Shown: positions 20,515-30,800 of the stretch, piece by piece | Numbering within the stretch: the first letter of the stretch is position 1 | How the letters are laid out: each line of letters starts with the position of its first letter | From: a virus | DNA length: 64,000 bases | Reading direction: 5' to 3' (one strand) | Virus record (IMG/VR): IMGVR_UViG_3300028844_004205 | Span: 2,366-66,365 of that record | Notes under the pieces: generated by a model | What the model saw: the letters and a program-made list of their open reading frames with translations, nothing else | What the model was told of the DNA's origin: nothing | Database searches by the model: none | Made by a program: the position numbers and the translations under genes

Positions 20515-22315
20515 CTGATGTTCCTTGTAAACTCTTCATTGATTGTGCTGTTGATAATAGAGAGTCATATGCTATAACACCCGTCTCAATACCTTTTAAT
20601 CTTAATTCCGCAGCGGCCTTTAATTTCTCTATTTGTAATCTAGCTGCCTCTTGGTCTAGAGAAGTTTCTTGCTCTTGCGCCTTATTAAACAAATCCCATG
20701 CGCCTTCTAAAGAACTAAAGAAGGAAGACCATCCTGCTATATTAGCCTTATATGCGTCTGTATCCGATGCGTATGTGGTTGTAAGAGACGCTACTCTGGC
20801 TACCTCAGTTCTGAGCTCTTCTTGGTATTTAGTTATATTAGCATTATATACTCTTAAGTCTAGCTCTTTAGCTCTTATCTGTGTTTCCACATTCTGTATC
20901 TCTACTGTGGTTTGAGTAGCTGCAGCGCTTACTTGAGTTCTATAAGCATCCACCTGTGACTTAAATATCTCAGTTTTAGCGAGTTCTCCTCTTATAGCAG
21001 ACTCATATAAACCAACTTCTGTTTTACGAGCATCTACTTGAGCTACAAATGCCTGTATCTGAGAAGTATACTGTGTTATCTTAGCTTGTTCAATAGATAC
21101 TTGTATCTCTGTAGCTCTTAGCTGGTTCTGGTATACTCGCACTAGCGCTTCTACTCCGGCTATTTGGGAGTTATATATTTCCAACTGTATTCTGTTAGCT
21201 TCTTGTTTAGCGATAGATGCTTCTACTTGCGTTTTAAATATCTGAGTTTGGGCTATAAGGCCTTGTATTTCAGCTTGGTAAGAATCAGTGAATGCTTTAT
21301 AGTGTTCAAGCTCAGTATTAAACCTTCGCACTTGAGCGTCAAATATCTTAATAGCAAATTCTGCGCCGAACTGTTCTACCCGCAATAAACGTTCTTGCCT
21401 GAACCCATAGTCTGTAAGCAACATCTGATTTACTGTAGTACCTTGGGTAAGAGCAAACTGCCTAGCTTGTCGAAGTATATCAGCGCGTTTTATATTTATA
21501 TCTCTGTTTACATCTGATAACTTATTTTGTAGATCTTGTTTGGCTTGGTTTACTAACTCAGCCATCGCGCCTGTAGGTAAGGAATGCCCCTTAGTAGAAA
21601 AGCTTCTTATCACTTCTCCTTCCTGCGCTATAGCGGCTCTTACTTCTCTATCTTTAGTCCGCTCATATAAGGCTTCTTCGTCGACTGAGGCTACCCCATA
21701 TCCACCGTCAGTTAAATCTGCTTTTAATAACGCCTGTACTAAATCTAGTACTTCATTCTCATAGCCCTCGTCTGCATATTCGAAAGTGTTACTAGGTGCT
21801 AGCAAATCTGGTATATCTGGAAATTGCTCAGAGAACTTAGGTATTGTTATCGTAGGGGCAGAAGGGAACTCCACATCTGTTAAAGTTGGGAGATCGGGTA
21901 ATACAACATCGTCTGCCACGGGTGCGAATATATCGTTAACTGTAGGAGCACTTGGCTCTGTTGGTAGTAATAAGCTAGGTGCTGCTGGTATAGTTACTTC
22001 AGGTGCTGCCCCTTCAAACCCGGGCACTGTTATAGGGTTAACTGTGTCAATACCTGAAACATCTGGCACACTGCCTGTTGCTGTGGGGCTATTAAACGTT
22101 GTATTAGGTCTTGTAGGGGGATTGTTTACTACCGATACAAAATCTGCGTAGTTTGGGGTGTACGCGAACACTCTCCCCCCGGGTATTGCTACATTAAAAG
22201 CTACAGTATCCACGAAATTACGAAGCTGGTCAATAAAGGACGACACACTTTCACCATAGGTGGTTAACTGTTCCTGCCCTATTGCTAATAATTCTGCATT
22301 GGTTTCCGTAGTCAT
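20504..22315 (-). CDS. Virion protein with Pro-rich linker and long coiled coil
   Basis: 603 aa, Pro-rich at roughly aa 65-175, Gln/Ala/Glu heptads afterwards. Confidence 0.6.
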   Translation of the reverse strand: MTTETNAELLAIGQEQLTTYGESVSSFIDQLRNFVDTVAFNVAIPGGRVFAYTPNYADFVSVVNNPPTRPNTTFNSPTATGSVPDVSGIDTVNPITVPGFEGAAPEVTIPAAPSLLLPTEPSAPTVNDIFAPVADDVVLPDLPTLTDVEFPSAPTITIPKFSEQFPDIPDLLAPSNTFEYADEGYENEVLDLVQALLKADLTDGGYGVASVDEEALYERTKDREVRAAIAQEGEVIRSFSTKGHSLPTGAMAELVNQAKQDLQNKLSDVNRDINIKRADILRQARQFALTQGTTVNQMLLTDYGFRQERLLRVEQFGAEFAIKIFDAQVRRFNTELEHYKAFTDSYQAEIQGLIAQTQIFKTQVEASIAKQEANRIQLEIYNSQIAGVEALVRVYQNQLRATEIQVSIEQAKITQYTSQIQAFVAQVDARKTEVGLYESAIRGELAKTEIFKSQVDAYRTQVSAAATQTTVEIQNVETQIRAKELDLRVYNANITKYQEELRTEVARVASLTTTYASDTDAYKANIAGWSSFFSSLEGAWDLFNKAQEQETSLDQEAARLQIEKLKAAAELRLKGIETGVIAYDSLLSTAQSMKSLQGTSDDD

Positions 22316-24897
22316 TAAGTTTTCCTTTCAGTGGATCGATAAAGAGTCTTTACATCTTCTATTAGGAAGTCCGACCCTGCTACATTCTTCATCCCTATTT
22401 GCCAATAACGTGATTTTATGCCCCTTGCTGGGGTAACTCTACTGGGTTTAGAGCCTGAATCATGGGCAATACGCTTTACAGCATACTCTCTTTGACTATC
22501 TTCTCCGTCGTTGTTCAGTATCATTTCCATATCTCCGTCAGATTTATAGCCCACATATACTTGGTCCAAGCGTTTTATAGTGGCATCGTCCAGATCATCG
22601 TACCCAGTTAACCATTCTGCGGCTATATTTGTACCGGCATCGTTGCAGCCGGTTAGCTCAAATATCCCGGCGGTAGTAACCCCATAGAATTTACCATCGA
22701 ATTCCCCTATTTCTAGGTAATCGTAATTCAGGTAGTTGGTAACTGCTCCGTTCTCAGTGTTCAAAGCATAGGTTGTTGTCACATAATCTACAGCATTTAC
22801 AACAAACGCTACTGTTATAAGCGCTGGAATCTCTACATCTACTGTAGAAAATACATCTGAGAACCCTACTATCTCTGCGGTCAGGGCTGGTAATATTTGA
22901 CTAGCTGTAGCAACACTTCCGGATGCTACAGATATTGTAGATGCTAAAGGTCTAAATTCAGCCTCTAAGGTGCTGTCTATACCTGTGATAGCTTTAGCAG
23001 TTATTCGTACCTTTGGAATGCTTCTAGCTAATGTAAAAACACCTAAAGTTGAAACCGCTGAGTTAATTGTTATGCTAGGAAGCTTACGGTTTACAGTAGC
23101 TGTAGCAGAACCATACATAGCGGCATTTACAGTTAGCTTTGGCAAACTTCCGCTGGCTGTAATACCTCCGCGTGTTTCTATAGTAAGTGCTGGAATAGAA
23201 GCGTTTGTGGATAAAAGCGATCCAGCCGCTAGAGCTGCAGCGCCTGTTAATTTAGGGAACTCCGTAACCCCTAATAAAATAGGAGCGGGTATTATAACAC
23301 CTTCAGAAGTTAATAATGGTAAAGTAGCATCACCACGGAAAGTATCCAAAACTGTGGCGGTACCGGAGGCTGATAAGGCCTGTATTTCTGCCCCACCAGC
23401 AGCGTGAATAGTAGTTCTAGCTGTTGCAGTTATAGAAGGTGTTGCGGTAACCCCGCCTGTAAGTAGAGTGGGAAGAGTTCCTGTGCCCTCTGACCCTAGC
23501 CTTAGTGTAACACCACCATCAACATGCCAAGTGGATACTGCAGTACCTGTTATAACTGGGGTTATTTCAACTATGCCATCAGCAAATAACTGAGTAGATC
23601 TAGTAGCTGTACTGGTTACACCAAGAACCATCTCGGCTCCACCAACACCGTGTTCTGTATCATTAGATGCAGTGGCATCAACAGCTAAGGTTATTTCAAC
23701 TGCGCCTGCAGTAGGTACAGGAGCGGTCCATGCACTAAACCCTGTCGGAGGCGTATAAGTGAAATCTGCAGGATCTGTATATATTTTAAATATAGGGTAA
23801 AATTGTGTTCCATCTGGCCTAGCGATTATAGTAAAACCAGAGCCTGTTAATGTCCCATGTTCTCCGGTACCGGCTACAGGGTCCCCACTATCGAACCAAG
23901 TATTAGCCGCCCCATACCATATTTTATTGGTGTCGAAGTTTACTGCGCAATGAAATACTGTGCCTTGTGTTTGGGCTGTCCCAATAGACGAATCATAAGT
24001 TGAACCATCATAGCCATCTGCTACACCCGAACCATTGCGTACCATCCAAGTATTGGCTGAAGAAAATGGTGCGGTAGTTGTTAGATCAAAAGAACTATTA
24101 GCTACACCGAACTCTACTCTTTCTGTGCCGCCCGTAGGTCCGAGATCTGCAAGTTCAAAATAATATAATCCTGATGACTTAGGGCTGTTAGTTTGAGCTG
24201 TATCGAAAGAGCTACGATAAGTTATTATAGATCTAGTTGAGTCAGGGACTGCACCTATAGGTAAAGTAGTACTATCTGACTCAACCTGCTCGAAAGTATC
24301 GAAATAAGCGTAGGTAGCATTTATATCATTAACTGAATCTGTCCACCCAGTGAACCCGGATGTAGGCGTATCAGAAAATGCTGATGCCCCGAAATTAGCG
24401 GTTACTGTATTAGCCCCACCTGCGTCTTGGTCAATATAGACAAACGGTGCCCATAGATTTCGAGCAAATTCAGCGTCTGCTGAACCCATAACTCCTTGGG
24501 TTGTGCCGTTCTTAAAAAATTCTACGGTCTCATTAACAAAATCTACTTCACATGTAATTCTGTCACTTGTGGTATAAGTAGCCCCATACGCTGAGGAAGT
24601 GCCATGTATATTTTTTTGACCATCACTGAAATATAGAAAGTTACCAGTAGATGTTGATATTCCTCCTGCTACAGGTCTACCATGGACTGCTATCCCTAGA
24701 CCTATAACTTTACCTGTTCCATTATGCGCATCTACATCAAATTCGAAATGAAACTTTTCAGTGTTATAGGTAAAATCTTTACCAAATACACCTAGCGTGT
24801 TGCCTCCACCTGAGGCTACAGACGTAGTGAGATCACCACCAGATAAAGTATTACCTGTAGCTACATGTGAGGGATTAAAAGTTGTATACGTAGGCAT
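22315..24897 (-). CDS. Tail structural protein with two N-terminal SPRY/B30.2-like domains
   Basis: KFHFEF...VDFVNETVEFFKNG...ANFGASAFSDTPTSGFTGW and SSGLYYFE...NFDTNKIWYG...FTYTPPTGFSAW. C-terminal YALNTENGAVTNY...GIKSRYWQ domain. Confidence 0.7.
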   Translation of the reverse strand: MPTYTTFNPSHVATGNTLSGGDLTTSVASGGGNTLGVFGKDFTYNTEKFHFEFDVDAHNGTGKVIGLGIAVHGRPVAGGISTSTGNFLYFSDGQKNIHGTSSAYGATYTTSDRITCEVDFVNETVEFFKNGTTQGVMGSADAEFARNLWAPFVYIDQDAGGANTVTANFGASAFSDTPTSGFTGWTDSVNDINATYAYFDTFEQVESDSTTLPIGAVPDSTRSIITYRSSFDTAQTNSPKSSGLYYFELADLGPTGGTERVEFGVANSSFDLTTTAPFSSANTWMVRNGSGVADGYDGSTYDSSIGTAQTQGTVFHCAVNFDTNKIWYGAANTWFDSGDPVAGTGEHGTLTGSGFTIIARPDGTQFYPIFKIYTDPADFTYTPPTGFSAWTAPVPTAGAVEITLAVDATASNDTEHGVGGAEMVLGVTSTATRSTQLFADGIVEITPVITGTAVSTWHVDGGVTLRLGSEGTGTLPTLLTGGVTATPSITATARTTIHAAGGAEIQALSASGTATVLDTFRGDATLPLLTSEGVIIPAPILLGVTEFPKLTGAAALAAGSLLSTNASIPALTIETRGGITASGSLPKLTVNAAMYGSATATVNRKLPSITINSAVSTLGVFTLARSIPKVRITAKAITGIDSTLEAEFRPLASTISVASGSVATASQILPALTAEIVGFSDVFSTVDVEIPALITVAFVVNAVDYVTTTYALNTENGAVTNYLNYDYLEIGEFDGKFYGVTTAGIFELTGCNDAGTNIAAEWLTGYDDLDDATIKRLDQVYVGYKSDGDMEMILNNDGEDSQREYAVKRIAHDSGSKPSRVTPARGIKSRYWQIGMKNVAGSDFLIEDVKTLYRSTERKT

Positions 24898-24903
24898 ACT
24901 TTA

Positions 24904-24921
24904 ACCTCCTGTATAGGAGGT
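24904..24921 (-). promoter_or_regulatory. Hairpin occluding the Shine-Dalgarno of the 860-aa gene
   Basis: Minus strand ACCTCCT-ATAC-AGGAGGT, 6 nt before the ATG. Confidence 0.65.
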
Positions 24922-24963
24922 CTCATCTTTATCAAAGAGGCACAACCCTTTCATGGGCTGCGT

Positions 24964-25401
24964 TTACTCTATGCTTACAGAAAAAGTATCTACTACTATT
25001 GGATCGCCTATTGTCAGAATATTGTTATTGATAACAATATCAGTCGTCGCAGTACCAACAGTTCCGTCGATTCGTCTGAAAGTAGTACTAGCCCCAGTTT
25101 CTGTACTTAATGCATAAATACGAAACCAAGTAGCAGTACCAGACGCATCAGCTGATGTATCTTCCCACGTACCTGCTTTTGCTATCGCCCCCGCTACTGC
25201 GGAAGCTGCGAACGCATTAGTAGTTGGCAGTACAATAGTAGCCAATACAGTACCTGCACCTTCTGTGGTATCGGCATCAGTTGGTTGAGTACCAGAATAC
25301 ATAACTAACTGTGCGGTCGCGCCATCAAACATAGATGTCATGTCTGTGCCATCAAGCAGTGCGTTTTTTAAACCTGTTGAAAATTTTGGATTAAGTGCCA
25401 T
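24964..25401 (-). CDS. Virion structural protein (paralog of 25413..25853)
   Basis: STGLKNALL...YSGTQPTDAD..GTVLATI..GTATWFR...RIDG. Confidence 0.7.
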   Translation of the reverse strand: MALNPKFSTGLKNALLDGTDMTSMFDGATAQLVMYSGTQPTDADTTEGAGTVLATIVLPTTNAFAASAVAGAIAKAGTWEDTSADASGTATWFRIYALSTETGASTTFRRIDGTVGTATTDIVINNNILTIGDPIVVDTFSVSIE

Positions 25402-25412
25402 TATCGCTCTCC

Positions 25413-25853
25413 TTAGCTAGCTGGTAAAGTGATATCGAACTGGCTAACAGTTTGCACTGCTGGAGCCACTAGTGAAGTACTAGATATGTTCATGTCCGCA
25501 CCACTTACGGCTATAGAGCCATCCAGACGAATCTCTGTAGTAGAGAGCGTATCAGGATCACCTGCTGTAGTAATTAGTCGGAAATAACCTGCAGTACCGT
25601 TAACAAGAGTAGTACCCTGCCACGTCTCTGCTACTGCCTTTGAAATAACACCCGCTACAGGCGCGTCGAAGGTTAGTTTGGTTCCACCACCATTTACTGT
25701 AATAGTTACAAGTAAGGTACCTGTTGCAGCTGCATCCGCTGTTGCGGGCTGTGTACCAGAATATATGTTTATAGAAGACAAGTTGTAAGTGGACAGAAAA
25801 TCATCTGTGCCCAATAACTGTTGTCGTAGTCCTGTTGATAATCGTAATGCCAT
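25413..25853 (-). CDS. Virion structural protein (paralog of 24964..25401)
   Basis: STGLRQQLL...YSGTQPATAD..GTLLVTI..GTAGYFR...RLDG. Confidence 0.7.
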   Translation of the reverse strand: MALRLSTGLRQQLLGTDDFLSTYNLSSINIYSGTQPATADAAATGTLLVTITVNGGGTKLTFDAPVAGVISKAVAETWQGTTLVNGTAGYFRLITTAGDPDTLSTTEIRLDGSIAVSGADMNISSTSLVAPAVQTVSQFDITLPAS

Positions 25854-25867
25854 TATGGCCTCCTTAG

Positions 25868-27067
25868 CTAAGAATTAATAACCGATACGTAATGGTTCTG
25901 CCCATCCTCGTGTCGGAACATTGCGGTGCCTTTCAAACCCTTCAGTACGTCTACTTTACGGGCAGTAATATTTACTATACTTCCGTCGGCCTGTCCAATA
26001 CAAATCCCTTTATGGGACGTCCACATAGGTAGACTATCTACACCCTCATTAGTGCCGAAATACTCAGCAGGAATATAAGATAATGTACCCGGTACTACAC
26101 CAGCATTCGTTGTGTCATCTACGCTAGCCTGAGCTATATCGCTACCGGAATAATAATTAGTTCGTTTAGTTGTGCCTATAAAGACCCCATTCTCCCCCGG
26201 TGCTATCATAGTGATGGCTTCTGGGAGTATAATAAAGTTGTATCTTTCATCCCGTTCTTCATAATCAAATGGTTCTGAGTATACCACTGTGTCTCCACAT
26301 GCGTACAGCATTCGACCATTATAAGATGCAGCATCCGTAAATGCTGGAATAGGCTTGTGGTACTGCCCTAATAAAGGCTTCTGTAGAGCATGAGTAGTGT
26401 CTCTAAATGTGGCTGAAGAAAACCCATTATCGACTACAGCGGCTAAGAAGTACTCCATGCCATCAGTAGTGGTTAGATACACATTTACCTTTTCTACATC
26501 TACATCAGAAGACATCGGTATACTGTTAAATATAATACCACTATTATCTTCTGTCAAATTTATAAGGGCCGGGTCTCCCGCTCCGCTCTCCTGACCGTTA
26601 TCTCTCTCATAGGTTAAAACTACTTGGTATCGACCTTTAGGTAGGTTACCAGTAGTAGCGGATAAAACAGCAGATCCCGGGCGATTTAAGCCCAAGGATC
26701 TGCTGACCCCCCCAGATATAACACCAGTCACAAATCCGTCGGAATAATATGTTTTTCCGTTCAGTGTGTGTGCTGCAATGTTACCCCCAGTTCTGAGATC
26801 GGTGCGTATAAGTGTTGAAATTGTTCCATCATATTGATAGAGATTGGCCCCAGTAGTATACAAGAATATCTCGTCATCTATATACGCCGAATCTATAGTA
26901 GCCGCTAAAGAAGCAGTATTACCTTTTCTCCTTTTAATCTTTTTATCAGCGGTTATGTCTATGTTTTCTGCTTTTGTAAAAGCTTTAAACCCTATCTCGA
27001 TAGGGTCTTGTACTGTAATTAGCCCATTAAACTCACCAAAGTTTTGAGTCCTATTGTCTAGAGCCAT
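25868..27067 (-). CDS. Tail nozzle / head-closure-like protein
   Basis: FNGL...AENIDIT..KIKRRKG N-terminus, beta-propeller-like. Follows the adaptor gene. Confidence 0.6.
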   Translation of the reverse strand: MALDNRTQNFGEFNGLITVQDPIEIGFKAFTKAENIDITADKKIKRRKGNTASLAATIDSAYIDDEIFLYTTGANLYQYDGTISTLIRTDLRTGGNIAAHTLNGKTYYSDGFVTGVISGGVSRSLGLNRPGSAVLSATTGNLPKGRYQVVLTYERDNGQESGAGDPALINLTEDNSGIIFNSIPMSSDVDVEKVNVYLTTTDGMEYFLAAVVDNGFSSATFRDTTHALQKPLLGQYHKPIPAFTDAASYNGRMLYACGDTVVYSEPFDYEERDERYNFIILPEAITMIAPGENGVFIGTTKRTNYYSGSDIAQASVDDTTNAGVVPGTLSYIPAEYFGTNEGVDSLPMWTSHKGICIGQADGSIVNITARKVDVLKGLKGTAMFRHEDGQNHYVSVINS

Positions 27068-27774
27068 TAAAGGCCTCCGTACTCAACAACACGGGCTGGC
27101 TTGTACCTCTTCTTTAATTCTTCCTGAATCTCTCTAGTCTTTAGCATGAAAGATGATCTGAACAGTTCTGCTTTTTCCTCATTGAAGATATCAGCATCGT
27201 GTTTTTTGTACGCATAATGCTGCATTAATTCTAGCATTATATACTGATGCTCTATCTCGGTTACTTCGAGAGCATTAGCTTTAGTAACTATGTCCACTAG
27301 TGGATAACGTATTACCGTCATATTAACAGTGTCATTAGCTATAGGTATAGGAACGAGCCGAGCTTCGTCTTTTTGCCAGTTAGTAACCAGTATCCGTGGT
27401 GTCCCGGTTTGTTCCTGCCAGTTAGAACTGAAGCTCAGGCCGTAGTCTTCATTTATCCAACCTGAATCAATCTCTTCATGCTTAAGTAGAACTACCTTAT
27501 ATTTGGTAGATGCCATTCTCGCACGTTTGATTTTGATTATTAGTGGACTCATTGGAAGCGAAGGATCATCAGCAGTAACTGGTGCGTCCACAATAGCTGT
27601 GGTAGAACTGTCGATGAATATTTCTGTCTCTCGTGCAAAAGCCCTTTGGGCTAAGTGCATGTAAGAGTATATCTCTAAATCAGTCCAAAGAGAATCTGAG
27701 TCGTCGCCATCACCGGGTTGTTCCGGATCGTCGGCAACAGCTCTAAATAAATTCTTTAGTTCTTCAGTCGTCAT
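27067..27774 (-). CDS. Head-tail adaptor protein
   Basis: LFRAVADD...LWTDLEIYSYMHLAQRAFARET...LVPIP...YAYKKHDADIF, downstream of the capsid genes. Confidence 0.7.
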   Translation of the reverse strand: MTTEELKNLFRAVADDPEQPGDGDDSDSLWTDLEIYSYMHLAQRAFARETEIFIDSSTTAIVDAPVTADDPSLPMSPLIIKIKRARMASTKYKVVLLKHEEIDSGWINEDYGLSFSSNWQEQTGTPRILVTNWQKDEARLVPIPIANDTVNMTVIRYPLVDIVTKANALEVTEIEHQYIMLELMQHYAYKKHDADIFNEEKAELFRSSFMLKTREIQEELKKRYKPARVVEYGGL

Positions 27775-28144
27775 TTATTTTTTCTTGGAATGTTGCCCAG
27801 TAAACGTCTCGCTCTTTGGCCTGCACATCGAACTCACAAATCTGTGATAGTGCTTTAACTGTAGGTGCGCCATTACCACCGAAATCTCCTCGCTCATTCC
27901 GAGAATACATTAGTTCAAGAGCGTCCATGACTGCTGCGTCTCTAGCAGCGCCTTTAGGGGTCTCTTTAACTTTGGGTGCTGGAATCTCTGGTGCGGTTTC
28001 TCCTTCAACTACTGTTGCGCCAATATATAAAGCTTCTTGGTACATAGGGAAAGGCACGTTAACTTCTTTATCCTTTTCGAAAAGAATAATAGGCCCATTA
28101 ATTGAGGCTAATCTAAAATTGCGGTTTAATACCATCTTAGGCAT
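27764..28144 (-). CDS. Conserved head-region hypothetical protein
   Basis: AAGGAG RBS, DFGGNGAPTVKALS motif. Confidence 0.6.
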   Translation of the reverse strand: MPKMVLNRNFRLASINGPIILFEKDKEVNVPFPMYQEALYIGATVVEGETAPEIPAPKVKETPKGAARDAAVMDALELMYSRNERGDFGGNGAPTVKALSQICEFDVQAKERDVYWATFQEKINDD

Positions 28145-28162
28145 AGGGGGTTCTCCTTAGAT

Positions 28163-28187
28163 AAAAAATGGGGGACCGAAGTCCCCC
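28163..28187 (-). terminator. Intrinsic terminator after the capsid operon
   Basis: GGGGGAC-TTCG-GTCCCCC followed by ATTTTTT on the minus strand. Confidence 0.9.
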
Positions 28188-28200
28188 GAACAGTGGTTTT

Positions 28201-28605
28201 TTAAGACTGCACTGGATGATTTTCGTGAGCTCTACCTTCGATGACATATTGAACTGCCAGTCTAGCGGTACCTACTGTAGGTGCGCCAACATTAGTCAAT
28301 ACTACATCTATGGTGTCATACGTGGAATATTTATACCCCGTAAGATCAAGAGCCGTTGCACCGAGAGTCTTCATATCTACAGTACTAACTGTATAACGAT
28401 TCGGATCAACCGCGTCGCCTACATCCAGAGCTGCTGTAGTTGCTGAGTCCCATGCAACGTCTACCATTACAGAACCGCCGATAATCGTCGCATTAGGCGG
28501 GATATCGATTGCTGCTGTAGCAGTCGCTTCAGTTGGGTCTCCAAAAGAGAATTCAACTTCTGCGTATATAGGCCATTGGCGGCCTCCATCTTTAGTAATT
28601 GCCAT
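28201..28605 (-). CDS. Capsid decoration/cement protein
   Basis: Directly after the MCP with AAGGAGG RBS, IPPNATIIGG...LDVGD beta motif. Confidence 0.7.
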   Translation of the reverse strand: MAITKDGGRQWPIYAEVEFSFGDPTEATATAAIDIPPNATIIGGSVMVDVAWDSATTAALDVGDAVDPNRYTVSTVDMKTLGATALDLTGYKYSTYDTIDVVLTNVGAPTVGTARLAVQYVIEGRAHENHPVQS

Positions 28606-28618
28606 TTGAAAAGCCTCC

Positions 28619-29731
28619 TTAAATAGCTGTGTCTAGTACCATAACGCCAAAATCCTCGTCAGTACCATTGATTGCGCTTCGGAAAACAGGTTTCTTCAAA
28701 CCACACATTTTGCCTACAGAAATAGCTTGTTGGTTTTCATAGTCAAAGCCTTTTTCCACCCAGTACGGATCGCCAATATCTGCAAAACCCATGGCCTGAG
28801 CGCCTGCGAAAATGATTCGTTGACCTTCAACGTCATTACTACCACCCCATTTATCAACACCAGAAGTAAGACCTTTGGTGTTATAAACATGACGGTACTC
28901 GTGAAGCATTAAGCCATCTACCATAATACCGGTAGTTTGACCCTTGAAGATAGGATTATCTTTAGAGCGAGGCATTGCGTGGCGCCAAGCTTGTAGGAAA
29001 TCCGAATCCTGTTTTAGTTGAGCAAAGCCTTGAGGAGTCATGAAAACATGATACAGCTCTAGACCTTCTTCGCCTCGAATAGGGCGTAAGAACTGGTCTT
29101 TAGCGTAAGCTTTCATTTCTACTAGCATAGCCCATGATGGTACATCCAACGCATCTACAGCGGCTGTATTACCAGCTTCGAGACCCGTGGTTACATCCCA
29201 TCGTCGATGGCGATTTGCTGTTGGAGCAGTTACATCAGCAGCGTACTCCAAGAAAGGCAAGTCAGAGCCTACGCGAGCCGCACCATTGGTTTGGTTTGCA
29301 TAAGAAACACCTGACAGAGTTAGAAAAGCTAATTGATCTAAACGATCAGAAAGCCAGTATGATAGTACATCTTTGGAGTTATCACGAAACGTGACAACAG
29401 ATTTTTGGTCAGCCATACGACCTTCGTGGCGGTTAGCATGACGAATCTGATCGATCTGGATCACTTGGTCATAACTCTTGAGAGCTTCTTCATTACCCTC
29501 TAAAGTACGATCACCTGCGATACCATCACCTTCAAGATCGGCGACTAACGTTAATACAGCACGAGCTCCTTTGTGATCTTTCTTAAGTTCACTGATTCGT
29601 TGAATCATAGAAGTGTTGCTATCACCTGTGAAGTTGTTCATGAACATGTTGTTCCGAGCTGCCTTCCAGATGTCGCGCTGCCACATCGTCAGTTGTTCTG
29701 ACGTTAAGTTGGCAAAATTAGTTAATGACAT
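28619..29731 (-). CDS. Major capsid protein (N4-gp56/DUF4043-like)
   Basis: IQRISELKKDHKGARAVLTLVADLEGDG..GDRTLEGNEEAL, GAQAMGFA, EDFGV. Strong RBS. Confidence 0.9.
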   Translation of the reverse strand: MSLTNFANLTSEQLTMWQRDIWKAARNNMFMNNFTGDSNTSMIQRISELKKDHKGARAVLTLVADLEGDGIAGDRTLEGNEEALKSYDQVIQIDQIRHANRHEGRMADQKSVVTFRDNSKDVLSYWLSDRLDQLAFLTLSGVSYANQTNGAARVGSDLPFLEYAADVTAPTANRHRRWDVTTGLEAGNTAAVDALDVPSWAMLVEMKAYAKDQFLRPIRGEEGLELYHVFMTPQGFAQLKQDSDFLQAWRHAMPRSKDNPIFKGQTTGIMVDGLMLHEYRHVYNTKGLTSGVDKWGGSNDVEGQRIIFAGAQAMGFADIGDPYWVEKGFDYENQQAISVGKMCGLKKPVFRSAINGTDEDFGVMVLDTAI

Positions 29732-29878
29732 ACGGTTACCTCCTAAGTAACACGATTAAAAGTATTTATCCCTTCTGAACTGTCGTGTCAGTAATCCCGT
29801 ATGTCGAATCTTTATCGAGGTTGCGATGCTCGTCTGGTTATCGACCCAGCACGTATAGTAAAAGACTACCTTTATATT

Positions 29879-29908
29879 AAAAAGTTCCCGGGTCCGAAGA
29901 CCCGGGAA
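29879..29908 (-). terminator. Intrinsic terminator after the scaffold gene
   Basis: TTCCCGGGTC-TTCG-GACCCGGGAA followed by CTTTTT. Confidence 0.9.
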
Positions 29909-29918
29909 AGGGGAGCTA

Positions 29919-30800
29919 CTACACGAAATCGCCTCTTAAGCGTTTACGAGTTTCTTCGGGTAGTTCATCTAAGTCCTTATCTGTTAATTTGTTTACATCC
30001 AGCTCGCCAGCGGAACCTGCTTTATTAGCATCTAAGCCTACTCCAGCGTCATTAGGGGGTAAATTATTGGCATCTTTTATATTCTTCTCGATGTCAGTAA
30101 CTTTCTTATCTATACCCTTTTCGTCTGGTGCAGCACCTAACACATAATTAACAGCCGCAGTTGTAGCCTTAGCTGGGGTATACCCCTTAAGCTCTAAAGC
30201 ATCAGCTAGTTCGTTAACCTCTCTGACAATATCTTCGTCATAGGAGCCTTCTTTCTCATGGTTAAGTATATCATACTTTTCTGTGAGAGTTTCTATAGTC
30301 CGGTCTAGCTCGGTGTCTTGCTGGCTCTGAACCCGGGTAGTATCAGCTGTTGATGATATTAGCTCTTGCGTTTGTTGTCGTGATAATTCGCGCATCTCTT
30401 TATTAAGAGCCGCTACTTTCTCCGCGTCTGCGTCTTTAATAGCATCTGCTACTTCTTTATCAATTGCTTCGAACCTAGCATCATAATCGAAACCTTCTGG
30501 ACTAGGGGTTGCCTTGTCCTGTTGGATAGCTTGGAGTTTAAGCTCTAGTGCATCTGCTCGATCTTTCTCTTTCTCAATTTGTCGATTCTTAAAATCGAGG
30601 CGAGACTTAGGAACCATGAAGTCTTTCTTACCTTCTTCCTTAGGTTCTTCTTCGGGTTCTTCCTTAGGTTCTTCCTTAGGTTCTTCCTTAGGTTCTTCCT
30701 TTGGCTCTTCTTCTAGTTCATCGCCTCTATCTTCTTTACCGCCACCTTCTTCAACTACGCTGAACGTAGCGAAGGCTAAAAACCACTTTAAATACCACAT
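29919..30800 (-). CDS. Capsid scaffolding protein
   Basis: Acidic EEPK repeats, MVPKSRLD, coiled coil, C-terminal LPEETRKRLRGD. Upstream of the MCP. Confidence 0.8.
   Translation of the reverse strand: MWYLKWFLAFATFSVVEEGGGKEDRGDELEEEPKEEPKEEPKEEPKEEPEEEPKEEGKKDFMVPKSRLDFKNRQIEKEKDRADALELKLQAIQQDKATPSPEGFDYDARFEAIDKEVADAIKDADAEKVAALNKEMRELSRQQTQELISSTADTTRVQSQQDTELDRTIETLTEKYDILNHEKEGSYDEDIVREVNELADALELKGYTPAKATTAAVNYVLGAAPDEKGIDKKVTDIEKNIKDANNLPPNDAGVGLDANKAGSAGELDVNKLTDKDLDELPEETRKRLRGDFV
30633..30713. repeat. 12-bp tandem repeat (TTCTTCCTTAGG) encoding EEPK units
   Basis: About six imperfect copies inside the scaffold gene. Confidence 0.85.
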
